A stretch of 64,000 bases of DNA. It comes from Cycas panzhihuaensis. Taxonomy: Eukaryota; Plantae; Cycadophyta. Positions 23,561 to 36,300 of the stretch are shown here, one piece after another. The stretch covers positions 126,301,741 to 126,365,740 of the forward strand of contig CM041465.1 of the NCBI GenBank assembly GCA_023213395.1, in the 5' to 3' direction. Under the pieces are notes generated by a model. The model was not told the origin of the DNA, searched no databases, and worked only from the letters and a program-made list of their open reading frames with translations. Numbering within the stretch: the first letter of the stretch is position 1; each line of letters begins with the position of its first letter. Position numbers and translations under genes: made by a program.

Positions 23561-25779
23561 AGTTGAAGAATATATATTATTTTGATTTATGCATACCAAA
23601 AAAAAATGAGAGGAAAATACAAAAAAAAAAAAAAAAATTGATAAATTTCAAAATTTTGATCAAACAAAAAATTATGTGAGAGCATTTTCAATATATTTAT
23701 AAAAAATAGTATCCCAATTCAACCTCATTTTTTTAAAATCTCTAATTTTAGGGAAATCTTAAAATTCATCAGTTTAGTTAAAAAATGGAAAAAAAAAAAG
23801 GTAAAACTTCAATGAAAACTTGTTAGGTGTAGGTCATTAACAACCATCACTAAGTCACATTCTCATTGGAACTTTCTATATGAAAACCACTACTCTAAGT
23901 TCTTACAATCAACTCCTAATTACCAACATCTCATAAATGGATAGCAACCTAAATCTAATAAACTAACTTACAAAATTAAATAGAGAATTGAGGAATATGA
24001 ATTTGAAATAATTTTCTTTTAGCCCCTTATGGACCAAAATTTGTTAGAAAACCTTTATATTTCTTATGATTAAAATGTTGTCATGTGTGGGATGTAATTT
24101 AAAACCATAGAATAGTCAAATGAACCTAGTTTTAAGCTACTTTGAGGTGCAATAAATGCTTATTTATACATATACATATTGTTTGTATATGCTTTCTCTT
24201 GGGCCTATCTTGGAACTTACCTTTATTTATAGCCAAAAGTATCTATTTTAAGTAGCAGTCTCAAATTTGACAACTATTTCAACCTATTTCTCTTTGAGAG
24301 ATTGATTGTCAACTTACATTAAGCCTCTTATGGCATATGTTATGAGACTTCCCTTGAGAAATGTCAACGTATATAGTTAAAAGTCATGGTTTTCATCCCT
24401 AAGCCTATACCAGCCAACCATGTATGCTACTCCAACCTGGTATATATACTTTGAACGCCTATATGATCTTGCTTGATTGTAATTCTATGGCCATTTATAT
24501 TACTACATAAAGGTCCATTTACCATTCATCCATTAATTTTTCTAATAATTTAGCACTCTTTGACTTAATTAATATTTAATAATTTATTTTATATGATCCT
24601 CCTTATAGTGAATAATTTATGGGTTACCCAAGTTACCTTTTTTTCAACTTCCATATGTATTCATTTCTTCAAATTGGAATTTTAGAAAGTCCCCGAATGA
24701 GTAAACTAAATACTTCATATGGTTTGACATAAAGGAACTCATTTTATATACTTGTTGGACATTTCCTTTACTAAAAGTATTCTTATTATTTTAAAGGAGT
24801 GATGATATGCATACTAGCCAATCATAACCACATTTTATAAAGTTAAATACATCTAAGCACCCACTATGCCATAGTGAGCTTTACATGATAACCATAACCA
24901 ACTTATCCATCAAGTCAAGCATAAGGCTAAACAAAGCATATCACCCTAAAAATGGGTTTAGTGATGGTTCACCACAAGCCTGATCTAAACCATTATATCA
25001 ATATATTTTAAGAACTCAAAAAACGTCATGTGACAACTTCATACCCACCTATGATGTATAGTTTAGGTCTAGTTCTATGCATTGTTCAAGATCTTTAAGT
25101 CCAGTTATTCATATCCATCATGACCTCAATTGAGATGAAAACCTATTTAGTCTTATAAGGTTAAATAAATAATCTTTAAAAGTGGATTTAAAATGAGAAA
25201 ATCCATCAATATATTTGATCTCTTAAGAAAAGTCTTAGTCAAATCTAAGTCCACATCTCTAAATCCTATTTCTAATAGTTAATTCATATACCATTCCTAT
25301 TTTCACCAAATTATCTCTAAGCGACAACTGCATTCCCTTATAGTAGTAATAATTTATAATAATTGGCCAAGACATGGAAACCCTAAACCCTTTACTACTT
25401 CTTAGATCATTAGAGATCATACTGGCCATATTCTTATGAGCATTAGACTTTTTATCCTAGTAGTGACTAACAATATAACTATATATGCCACAATTATAGA
25501 GGCCTTAACCAATGTATTACAAGTTTACTTTGGCTCTATTGTGCTATTTTTGGATTTATATTTAGTTGTTTATCATTTAATATAAGTAAATCGGGTCTTT
25601 TATCCTTAACTTCATGCCCTTTATAACACAATTAGGTCCCTACTAACTTAATTTTCTTAGTCTCTATACAACACATCTCTTAAGATCAAGACACTGAAAT
25701 CAATCAATTAGCTACACATATTTTTGAGAGATCCCTATAATAAAGCACTCCTCTTTCTTATGGATTTTAAACTCATTAC

Positions 25780-26220
25780 AAAGTTTAAGCTTTTGAGTTA
25801 TTCTTTAGTATTCATACCTCTATAGAAACAAACCACTACTAAGGCTAAACTATAATGGTCAATCCTCTAAAATTCTTATTACTGTTAAGAATAAAACTAT
25901 GACAAACCTCCCAGCATAGATATCCTATTTCTTATGGCTTTTAAGCCTTTTATAGTGTCTAAGCTTCTAAGCCATTCTCTAGTACTTACCTTTGAAACAC
26001 AACCACTTAAAAGATTAAACTATAATGGCCCATTTTCTGATGTTCTTATTAATGAGTTTAAGCTAAGGGTGGCATTCTTTGATATTTTACTAATGAGGCT
26101 AAACTATGATAACCATAGCACTGAAGTATTTATCAATGAGGTTAAACTAAGGGTGACATTCTCTAAGCCTTCACCAATAAACCTAAACTATAATGATATT
26201 CATCTTTTAGATTATTATAT
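25780..26220. repeat. Degenerate tandem repeat, ~75 bp period (alternating AAACTATAATG and AAACTAAGGGTG subunits)
   Basis: Visible in the DNA and as RLNY...INE.KLRV repeats in ORF 25934-26227. Confidence 0.7.
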
Positions 26221-28715
26221 GACTTAGGATCCTAAGGCATTATCTATTCACGCCTTTCCCTAAATTATGCTTTAGAGTACACATTCTACAAGGTAATTTT
26301 ACCAACATTTGCTATCTTACAACATAAGTTAGAGAAGGTTTATAGGCAAAAAGGAAAATATTTTCCATAATATAGGATTCTAGCATTCAATAATCACTAC
26401 ATAGATAACTCAAGTATGCACTTGATATCATGGTTTCTATTTTGATTTCATGCTCATATAAATATATAAACTAATATTTATCTATTATGTAATGATGTGT
26501 ATATGCATTCATAGCCTATGATGATAAATAACTTTAGTGGTGTGATAAAAGTGATGCACTAGCACTATGATATGACTACCCACCAATCAAACAAACTATT
26601 AAACTTGCTAAATAAATGCATAAATACAACCTTAATGTAGGATCAAATATTTTCATAGAACTATAGACTCATGCAAAGATAACAATGATCATTTAATAAA
26701 TAGATAAGCATAAAATAAAGCCACTCAAATGCTTTAAGATTATCATTTTACTCAATGTGCTAACCACATTCATAAACCATTCAACATACCAATGTAAATC
26801 AACAACATATCTACATTCTCTACAACAAATTTATACCATGCAACCACCATTATACCCTACTCCTCTCTTGCTTCAAATTAGAAATGTCAGAGTACTCATC
26901 ATTAGTAATTATCCATGTAGTCTCACAAGAATGACAAACTATCAAATTAGTGACTCATTGATAGGGATGGCAGATATTAAATCTCTCATAAACTTGATTT
27001 TCTTAACACATATAAATTTTGATTAATTACTTAATAGAGGTTTACATAATAATTCATAAGCTCCACCACCATTAATCAACCCCAAATAGCTAGCGTATTC
27101 CTTTACAAAGATAATTTATCTATTATACCAAAAATATACCATAAACCCTCACCATATAGCATCCTCGTTACATGGTAAGGGGTACAATATAAGTGGTTCT
27201 CCTGACCACCTCAACAATATTAACTTGGTGATTAATCCTACTTTAGAAGCCTTGTTCTAAAACTCTCGAGAAAACCTACATATACACTAGTTAATTATGC
27301 ATATAAATAACTTTTAAATGATTTAAAATAGTGACAAACTTCTTTGAGATTTGAATATCCATAACACCTACATTTTGACTAGATTTATTTCAATGTTCAA
27401 GCACCAATATACTCTGAATACATGAACTAACATGTTTTGAGGAGCCTTACAAGCATGCTCTGGGCACATGCATTAACATACTTTAGGTACCCTATAAAAA
27501 TATAGTTTAATAACCTTTCCACCAACCTACAATAGACTTCACCTTATATATAAGATAACCCTTCTCACTAGTCATAACAGGCATATATAAAATAAGTTCT
27601 AAATAAATATAAATAGGTGGACATACTCATAGCCATACAATCTCTCCAAAATCAAGCAACATCTCTAATACCATGCTAAAATTACATGATTTGATATCAT
27701 AGATGTATAATACCAAACACATCAAGACAATACTAACTATATACATCAAAAAATAAGTAAAATATGTGCTAAAATATAATATAACCTTTTGTGAGAAATG
27801 TTCATATCTAATTTGTATTATAAAAAAATAATATGTATTTATAATATATGCCACCTTATGGTTGTCCAATCGTATACCAGAACCTTCTAGTCATCCTATG
27901 ACTATTACATTAAGAAGTATATATGTCATAAACCCATAACATATATTAAAGGGGTACACACTAATCTCCTAGTCCAATATGAGATATTATCTAATCATTT
28001 CCATTTATCTTTCACCTATTTTCATTATTTCTTTTAGCCAAAAAGGACTAATCCATGATTAAGGGAGGATTTAAAGTCACTTGGACTGATGAAAAATCAT
28101 AATCAAAGCCTTTAATATATTTCGTATCATATTTTATACTTAGAAATTATGTTTTCTTAGATTAAAAGTAAATATTCTTTCTATATATTACCTTATTAAG
28201 TTGACATTTTAAGTAGTAGAGTGATTAAAGCATTTGCATTATAAGTAGCAAAGAAGGAAGGCGTTTCGGTTCAATTTATTTTCTTTTTTATTTCACTTGT
28301 CTATTGGATAGGGGAAGTGCTACCCAAATCATATTAGGTATGCTACCATGTTGCTTATTTCAAAGTTAGTTTTAGATGTTATTTTTTGTATTTGTATAAG
28401 TTATAATAAACTTTTTCTATTATAAGTTACTTTGGCAAGCAAAAGTACTACTAGGTTTTTTAAGATTTCTCTAATGCCTAATGGGTAGAATTTGAGTGTT
28501 GTGTTATCTCATGTAATGAAAAAGGAAGAATAAAAAAGGCAAAAAGATGTAAATTAGAGTATTTTGAATTAGGTAGAATTGCATCCCTCCTTTCATTAAT
28601 TTTAATGCATAAGGTCATTAAAAATAGAGGCAAAGAAAAAGAAGATTAAGGTCTTGTATTTGCTTAAAATTCTTGTATAAGCTCTAATAAGATACCTCTT
28701 TAGGACCTTTGCCTT

Positions 28716-29173
28716 GGCTCTAACACCATGTTAAAATATAATAATGACTTATCTTATTGCACCAAAATGGAAGCTTTAACTAACATTAATGTATTTAGTC
28801 ATATTTGGAAGCATCAATGGTCATAAGATCATTCATCATTATAAAGGATAGTAAGGGCTATAAAAGAGTTAAACATATAACTATAAGTATGACATAATAT
28901 TTAATATAGAAAATTCTTGATGGAAAAAACCACAAGAGAAGGATAGAGTTTAGCTCTCTCTCATTCTCTAAAATATGTTTTTGATATGTGTATATATTTA
29001 TAGATCTATTACCTTATATATATCCAGTAAAATATAAAAATCTTATCAACCAATGATTATATACTAATACATCAACTACTTAGAACATATGTGAAAATTT
29101 TTACATCAACCAATCACAATTTTTGTATTAATTAAACATTACATCAACTTTTATGAAATTTAATACTTTAATA
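28716..29173 (-). repeat. LTR (28729-29173) with an adjacent degenerate Met PBS
   Basis: GGCTCTAACACCA (reverse complement TGGTGTTAGAGCC) abuts TGTTAAAA. The far end is TTTAATA (a decayed TTTAACA). Internal GGAAAAAACCAC. Confidence 0.55.
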
Positions 29174-29293
29174 ATCCCTTCATCCCTTTTATTTTAAAAA
29201 GAAAAAGAAAAATAATTCTTATTACATGTGTTTCTCATATTATGTGTTTGCTTATACTTATTCCCTCCTTTCTTCTTTCCTTTTCTATTTAAT

Positions 29294-29297
<4 letters not shown>

Positions 29298-29339
<42 letters not shown>

Positions 29340-29370
29340 TATATATATATATATATAGAAAGAGAGATAA

Positions 29371-29407
<37 letters not shown>
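29298..29407. repeat. Compound microsatellite (TG)n-(TA)n-(AG)n
   Basis: Read directly from the sequence. Confidence 0.97.
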
Positions 29408-29410
<3 letters not shown>

Positions 29411-31339
29411 TAGCCTATTGATAAAGAGTTATACTTATTTAGAAACCTTAGGCATGAAATGGATTTATATACATCATTTTAAGTCCTTGAACCTACAAGT
29501 GAGAGGTGATGTATTAGTTAGGTATTTTTATTATGTGTATAAAAAAATTACACTCTAAATATATTTTAAGAATGTGTTATTTTCTCTCTATTTATTTTAA
29601 AATTTGGATATCATATGATTAAAGGTAGCAGCTAGTTATACGAGTTAGATTTCATCACCAACTTAGATATTAGTCTTATACTTGATGCATGAACTAAGTC
29701 TCATCATGTTCTAAGTAGGGTTATGGTGGGAAACTATGATGACTACATGTAGTTGAGACACTTAAATGAGTATCATATGCCATATTAAGAGTGGTTTCTT
29801 CTCATCTATATTCTCCCTTAGGTGTATTAGATTATGTAGAGTTAGATCTGAGCAATGTCTTATTCCCACATATAATTAAGATGGAGATGGATACTAAGTT
29901 TCCATATGTCTAACTACAGAATTAGAGTCTATAATTTTAAGTTCCTACTTCACATAGTTATTTCCTCTCAATAATTCTCCTCTTGCTATTTAAATTGAGT
30001 TGATATATGTGTCTATTAGTTAGATGAGATTAATAAAGGTCATCATCTTTTATGGAGTAGATCATAAGGTAGAATTATAGGTGTAACATAACCCCACCTT
30101 TGCTTAATACTCTCTTCATGGAGATTGAGGAATAGTACTAGTATAACTTAGGAATCATGAGAGAAAGGAAATTTCCTCCCCTAGGTAATACCAGTATTTC
30201 CTTTTTTTTTTCTACTTTATATTATTTTCTTTTTTTTTTTTCATTCATTTATTTCAATTTTTGCATTGGGTTGTAGCCTAAAGATAGATAACACTACTCA
30301 GTGGCTACCCAAGTACTTAACTAGAGACCATGTACTAGGGGTATCTAAATATCATAGGGATCTATCATTCTAGCTAAGCGCATTATGGCCTTTCCACCCT
30401 TATATAAAGGATTGGAGATAACACTCCTAAACCAAGCCCTAGATAGAGCCTAACTACAAAAGCATGTCTCTATATACCTTTGAGTATATAAGAGGACCTC
30501 TTTAGGTCCTAAATCCTTCCTAGCATAGCAAACTACTGGCTATTAAAGTCTTATAGTATAGTGATTAGCGGTTAGTATCACAAAGCTACCTACCCTAAAC
30601 TTCTACATCATAAGTTTATTGGCAGGCCTGCAAGACCAAGCACACCTTGTCTAGTGGTTCGTATAGCACCTTTGATCTTACACCCTACTTTACCTACTCC
30701 ATTTCCAAGTTAAAATCATAAGCCATATCATATTACAATAATAATAATTCTATTTACTACCTAAATTTAGAACATATTAGTGCAATCAGTTTCTCAAAAA
30801 AAAAGGGAAAGAAAGAAAAGAAGAGAAAGAAAAAAAGGAAGAAAGAAAGAAAGAAAAAAAGAAGAGGAATAAGAAAGAGAGAATAAATAAATAACTCCAC
30901 TTAGTCACTCTTCATGGTGCAAGTTCATATCTAAAAACTACCCATACAACTCATATACCTTACTTTGATCAACATGTTGTATTGGTCAATTTACACTAGG
31001 TTAGTTTGTGCAAGCAATTTTCATGCTTTTTAGTACCAGGATTACGAGTAGGCCCTACCACCTCAAACCCACCTTAAATCTTATATATCCCATTTAGAAG
31101 AGTTTTCAGTACCTCTTTAGTGGGTAAAACATCCTATATATATAATTTTTGGGGTCAACAAGCTATAAACACCCCACCTCCCCTATTTAACCCCTTCTTT
31201 CCCCTATAACAACTTCCTTGTTTTTACATCCCATTCTTTCTTGATTTATCCCACTTCATCTATTTCCCTTCTTTCTGATAATTCTCACTTCTTTATATCC
31301 CTTCTATAGGTCTATTGGAAAAAATACAAGGAGAGAAAA

Positions 31340-31685
31340 TTATGGAGTTAACCAATGACTTGTCCCTCTTCAAATAAGAGGTCACCAGTAAATTCGATGG
31401 CATGCCTACCAAATCAAATCTTAATGGCATTAAACAAGAGATTTTAACATAAATCTAGTAGTTCTTGCAATTTCAACTATACAATATAGGAACTTCTAAT
31501 ACAACATGTAACTAGCCTCCCCTTCTTTAAGGAAGTAATGCACCTTTAGGAGGTTCTCCAACAAGGTAGTCCTTCTTTCACTATAAAATCAATATTCCTG
31601 CCTTTGATCTAGATGTGAATAAAGAGTGTACTCAGAGTTAGATTAACAAGTTAGAATCCTATTTCACACTTCACTTAATGTCTTA
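31340..31685 (+). pseudogene. Gypsy gag N-terminal remnant
   Basis: IFLPLI/DVNKECTQS*INKLESYFTLHLMS resembles the retrotransposon gag motif W..K.E.YF; truncated. Confidence 0.5.
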
Positions 31686-32550
31686 TGTCCTGCACCTTTT
31701 TTGGATCAAATTTTTCCAATGCCATCTTCGTGTTTGTTGCGATTCCCTGTGATCTTATGTTCCTTCGCTAAAAAATGAATCCTTCTTTAAACCTACCTTC
31801 CTGGTTCCCTTGGTCTGCGTCTTAATATGAATCCTGATTTTGTTCTATTTTAGGTTGGGTTATTTCTTGCTTTTCTAACCTCACATTAAGGTTCTTGATC
31901 TGTTGTATGAGATCCTACATGACTGTTGTCATGGTCTCTTCTGTTTGCTCCTCTAATTCTCGGGATCTTAGCATTTTGCTTGGTGATCTAATCTTTCTAG
32001 ATCTTAATTTTGTTTGGATCCTTCCAAAATTCCTAGGGTGCGAGGGCGGGTCAAAATTTGCTTCCCCCCGATCAAAAAATCTCCTTAAAATCCCGCTTCG
32101 AAACGAAGCTCTGATATCACTTGTAATGGTTCTTTTACCAAAAACGATAAAAGTATGATAGAACAGAGCTAAATTTCATAGATAATAGAATAGAATTGTC
32201 AATTTCATATATAAGAAGTACCAACATAAACATATAGTTCCATATATAAACCAATTACAAGTGTTGAATTGGATGTCAAAAGAGTACAAATAGATGTTCA
32301 ATAAGTACCAACACAACCTATAATAAACATTGAGCCCTTCGAGGTGGGGATCCTCCTCAGAAATGCAGCCCTAAGGCCAAAAATTTATAGCTGGCTAAAG
32401 GTTGAAAATAAGAAGGAACACTTCACAAATTGATGATTGAGGATGACCTCAAAAATCCCTATTTATAGGTGCTCAAATTGGGACATAATGAAGTCGGCCA
32501 AGACAGGGAGAGGTGTGCCCAAAGTAACCATTAGAAGTCAACCACAATAG
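31686..32550 (-). mobile_element. Fragment of a minus-strand LTR element (partial 5' LTR from 32122, PBS, leader)
   Basis: GCTCTGATATCA at 32108-32119 is the reverse complement of a Met PBS with one mismatch and lies next to TGTAATGG. Minus-strand TATA (CCTATTTATAGG) at ~32458. Confidence 0.6.
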
Positions 32551-33331
32551 TGCATAGAGGTTGGCCAGACTCTCAAGGGTCACTTCAAAGAGGATACTTA
32601 GATATCTGAAAGGAACTTCAAATTTAAAACTTACATATCCAAAAAATGAGATAGGTAAATTAATTGAGTTCTGTGATTTAGACTGGGTAGGAGAAGAGGA
32701 AAAAAGAAAGTCAACCAGTGGGTATTATTTTTTCGTTAGGTTAGCTGTAGTATCCTAGAGCAACAAATGACAACCAACAGTTGCCTTGTCTTCTACAAAA
32801 GTAAAATATAAGTCTACAGTCAGTGCATCCTATGAAGCAGTATGGTTAAAACAACTACTAATAGATTTAAATTAGCAACAATAAGAATCAATGACACTTT
32901 TCTGTGACAACCAGAGTGTAATAAAATTGACCAAGAATCCAATCTTCCATGCATGAACCAAGCATATTAAAGTACATCATCATTTCATATGGAAAAAGTA
33001 CAGACAAGGAGATAGACCTAATACATTGCATGACAAATGAACAACTTGTAGAATTCTTACAAAACCTCTTAGCAAAGAGAAGTTTCAATTTCTTAAAAGT
33101 AGGTGTGGTGTAAATAGATAAAACATTAAGAGAGAGTGTTAGAAAGTAATGTTTTATCTAGGATATTATGAGGGTCATGTGTAAAACCCATCTTCTATTA
33201 ATAAAGATAAGTGTCAGACAAGTGGCACATCTACACTGAATGGTTACAAACAACTGATGTATATATATATGGAGAAAGCCTTTCTCACATAATTAATGAA
33301 TTCCATCTTCATTTATTGAAGGTTTCTTACA
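32551..33331 (+). mobile_element. Copia element C, 3' fragment (RT end, RNase H, PPT, ~195 bp 3' LTR 33137-33331)
   Basis: KRILRYLKGT, DLDW.GEEEKRKSTSGY, DNQS, TKHI; PPT AAGAGAGAG followed by TGTTAG...CTTACA. Confidence 0.8.
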
Positions 33332-36300
33332 GGAATGGTGTCTAGGTTTATAGCAATGCCAAAACAAAGCCACTAGAAAACTGTAAAGAGGATCCTCAAA
33401 TACTTGAAGGGAACAATTCAATATGGGCTTGAATTCAAGCATAATGATAATTTCAAGTTAATATGATTAATAGATTCTAATTGGGTCAAATGTACAGATA
33501 ACAGAAGGTCAACTTTTAGATACTATTTTAGTTTGGGTTTAACTACCATTACTTGGGGCAATAAAAAATAATCAAATGTTGCTTTGTCCTCAACTAAAGC
33601 AAAGTACAAGGCTATAGTTGTAGCTACTACTGAAGCCATTTGGCCATGATAGATTATGCATGACATGAAACTGCCCCAATTAGAACCAACTATTTTGTAC
33701 CATGATAATCAGAGTACATTGAATGTAGCATTCCCCAATGAAAGGAAGTCTATTATTAGGAGGATTAAAGAAAGAATCATTTAATATATTTCATTATGAA
33801 GTCAATTTTTTAGAGAGAGAGTTATTTAAGAGAGAGAAATAAAGGCTATAAATAGGAAAGCCTTGATCATTTGTAAACAAATCTTTGAGAATTTATTATT
33901 ACTTGGGATAACGGCCTCACACCATGAGGGCCTTATGCCTATTTAGAGGACTACTCTTGCCTCGAAGAGGGTTACTTCACTACTAGACATTGTATTAGGT
34001 TCTATTATTCTACTATTATTTATCACTTCAATTTCTATTGTTATTTTATCAATGCATGGATGGATGAACTATGTTTGTTGAATGATATTTTATGAAGAAT
34101 TTTTGCTGTAAATGTATGCTATCTACTGAAAAATATAATCTGTCTCTTGTTTGAGGTTTGGGCATACTACAACTGGTATTAGAGCAAAGAGCATATTGCA
34201 AGGTAATCTATGGAAGGGGGAAAATCTCAACAGGCATTTGAAGATTTAGCAGCTCATCGATTTCAATGAAGTGGTTTTAGTCTATGCACAAGTGGGCCAT
34301 TTGAACCATGGGTAAATTAGAAATGTGTTGCCTAAAATTTTTGACCATTGACAATGACATCTAATGTATTTGTATGAAGCGTCCACATTGAGGGCATGCT
34401 CGTCTATTATTGTCGAGGATCATCGCAACTTAAAGAAGTCACCTTACCTCCAATTTCATATTGTTCGACTATCTTTTTCGTGGACTGACACATAGTGTTT
34501 TGATTGAAGAAGGAAGGAATCTAGATATAAGTGAGAGATTGTAATATTCTAGCAATCTAGGGTTGATATCTGGCCCAAGATCAATACACAACGATAGCAA
34601 GGAGCTCATGTGAGGTCACCAGGATGAGGAGGAGGTCATGTGAGATCACCGAGATGAGGAGCATTACACTGCAAGGAGATTAATCTAGTTGACTACAATC
34701 AATGTGGGAGTGTGGTTATCTCATCATATATCATAATCGAGCACCTATACCCTTGTACAACATGGGAGAGTTGAATGAAATTTCTACCAGACTCGAGGTG
34801 CAAACACTATAGATTAAGTACATCATTAGGGCATCGATATAAGGGGTATTAGATGGGCGATTCTTGAGAACAGAGGGGATATGTAGTTATAGGTCATAGA
34901 GGAAGCACAGGATGAACATTTGAGAAGTCCATGATATAGTGCCACAAAAGATAGACTTTTGAGAGGATGCTTATCCTAGTGACACAAGCATCCAGCAAAG
35001 AAAAAAAAATAGTGATGTTGAAAGTCTGAATAAAACTTTATTTTCCTAAAGTTTTATCACATTTAGTTACATTGGAAAAGTCATTAGAGTTCACAACCTT
35101 TTTGTTATCAGGTGGTCACATACTAACCCTAGGTGATTAGGGGCTAAGCCCTACAAGGGGCTAATAAAATTCCTTTTTTTTTTAAGTTGACTTTTCAAAC
35201 AAGGTACCTAGATGTTTTCATCCATAACTTGGGCTACAAGTACCAGATCTCTGTGCCATTTGAACTATTGGAATCTCAGTTTAGAGATGATCGATTCAAG
35301 TGGTCATATGTGATAGTCTTGACCATCACACGATATAGATTTTAATCATTGAATTGTAGCCTTCATTGACAAAGAAAAAAACTGAAGACAGATTTTTTTA
35401 ATTTGGAGGAATATGATGACCTAAGAAAATGGCTAGAAATGATCGAGATCAATCATGAATTCATGTTTGATACAAAATTCAAAGAGTATGGACCAATTTA
35501 AGAATGTTTACTAAAAGGAAGAGCTCATGATTGGTTCATTAATTGGACTAAAGAAGTATTCATATTTTCCCATTGGTGTCGGTTTCAATATGCATGTATC
35601 AGAGCTTTCAAGCAATAGAAACAAGGGTAAAATTCAAGCAGAGGGAATACTTTGACACCCACAAACCCATGAGTAGGGTGAGGATGCCAAGGTATTAAAG
35701 CAACTAGTCAAAGGGACAAATGCAGAAGAAGAACAAGCGAATATATAGGAGATCATTGAGACCTTATAGGAATATGAACAAGAATTAGTTCAAAGTGAAC
35801 ACCATAACTATGTAAAAGACACACATTGGGCACAATTAATCACCTAGTAGAACAATTTGGCGAAAGGCAAGTTGAGACTAAGGAAGATATCTAAGGAGAA
35901 GTTGCAGAGCAACACAAAATGTGGAAGAGCAAGAGAGAGAACAACCGTGGATGTAAAAGAATCAAGAAGAAACTTAGTGACCCACATGCAAACCTAATAA
36001 GGTACTCAAGGTAGCTCTCGATCATGTCTTTGCACATGCATATTTTGTTTGAAAGCTTTTGTTGTCCTCTCATTTCCAAACTTAGTGGTAGTAGAGGCAC
36101 TTTTTTCTCCCCTTTCCATAGCCAACCAAAACACAAAATCCCTTAACTCCCACTTCATTGTAGGACAAATCCCAATTCCCTTATACAACCCTAGTTTAAT
36201 GTCATCCTTACACACTTTTCCCCCCCTAGAAATTTCCCTCATCAAGCTATTCTAAACCATACATTATCATTTTGTCAGGTTTCATCGCATAGTACAATGA

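Noticed and set aside
23340-26220. Short periodic repeats as a CRISPR-like array
   Set aside because: The units are degenerate with no constant repeat and unique spacers, there are no cas genes, and the context is eukaryotic
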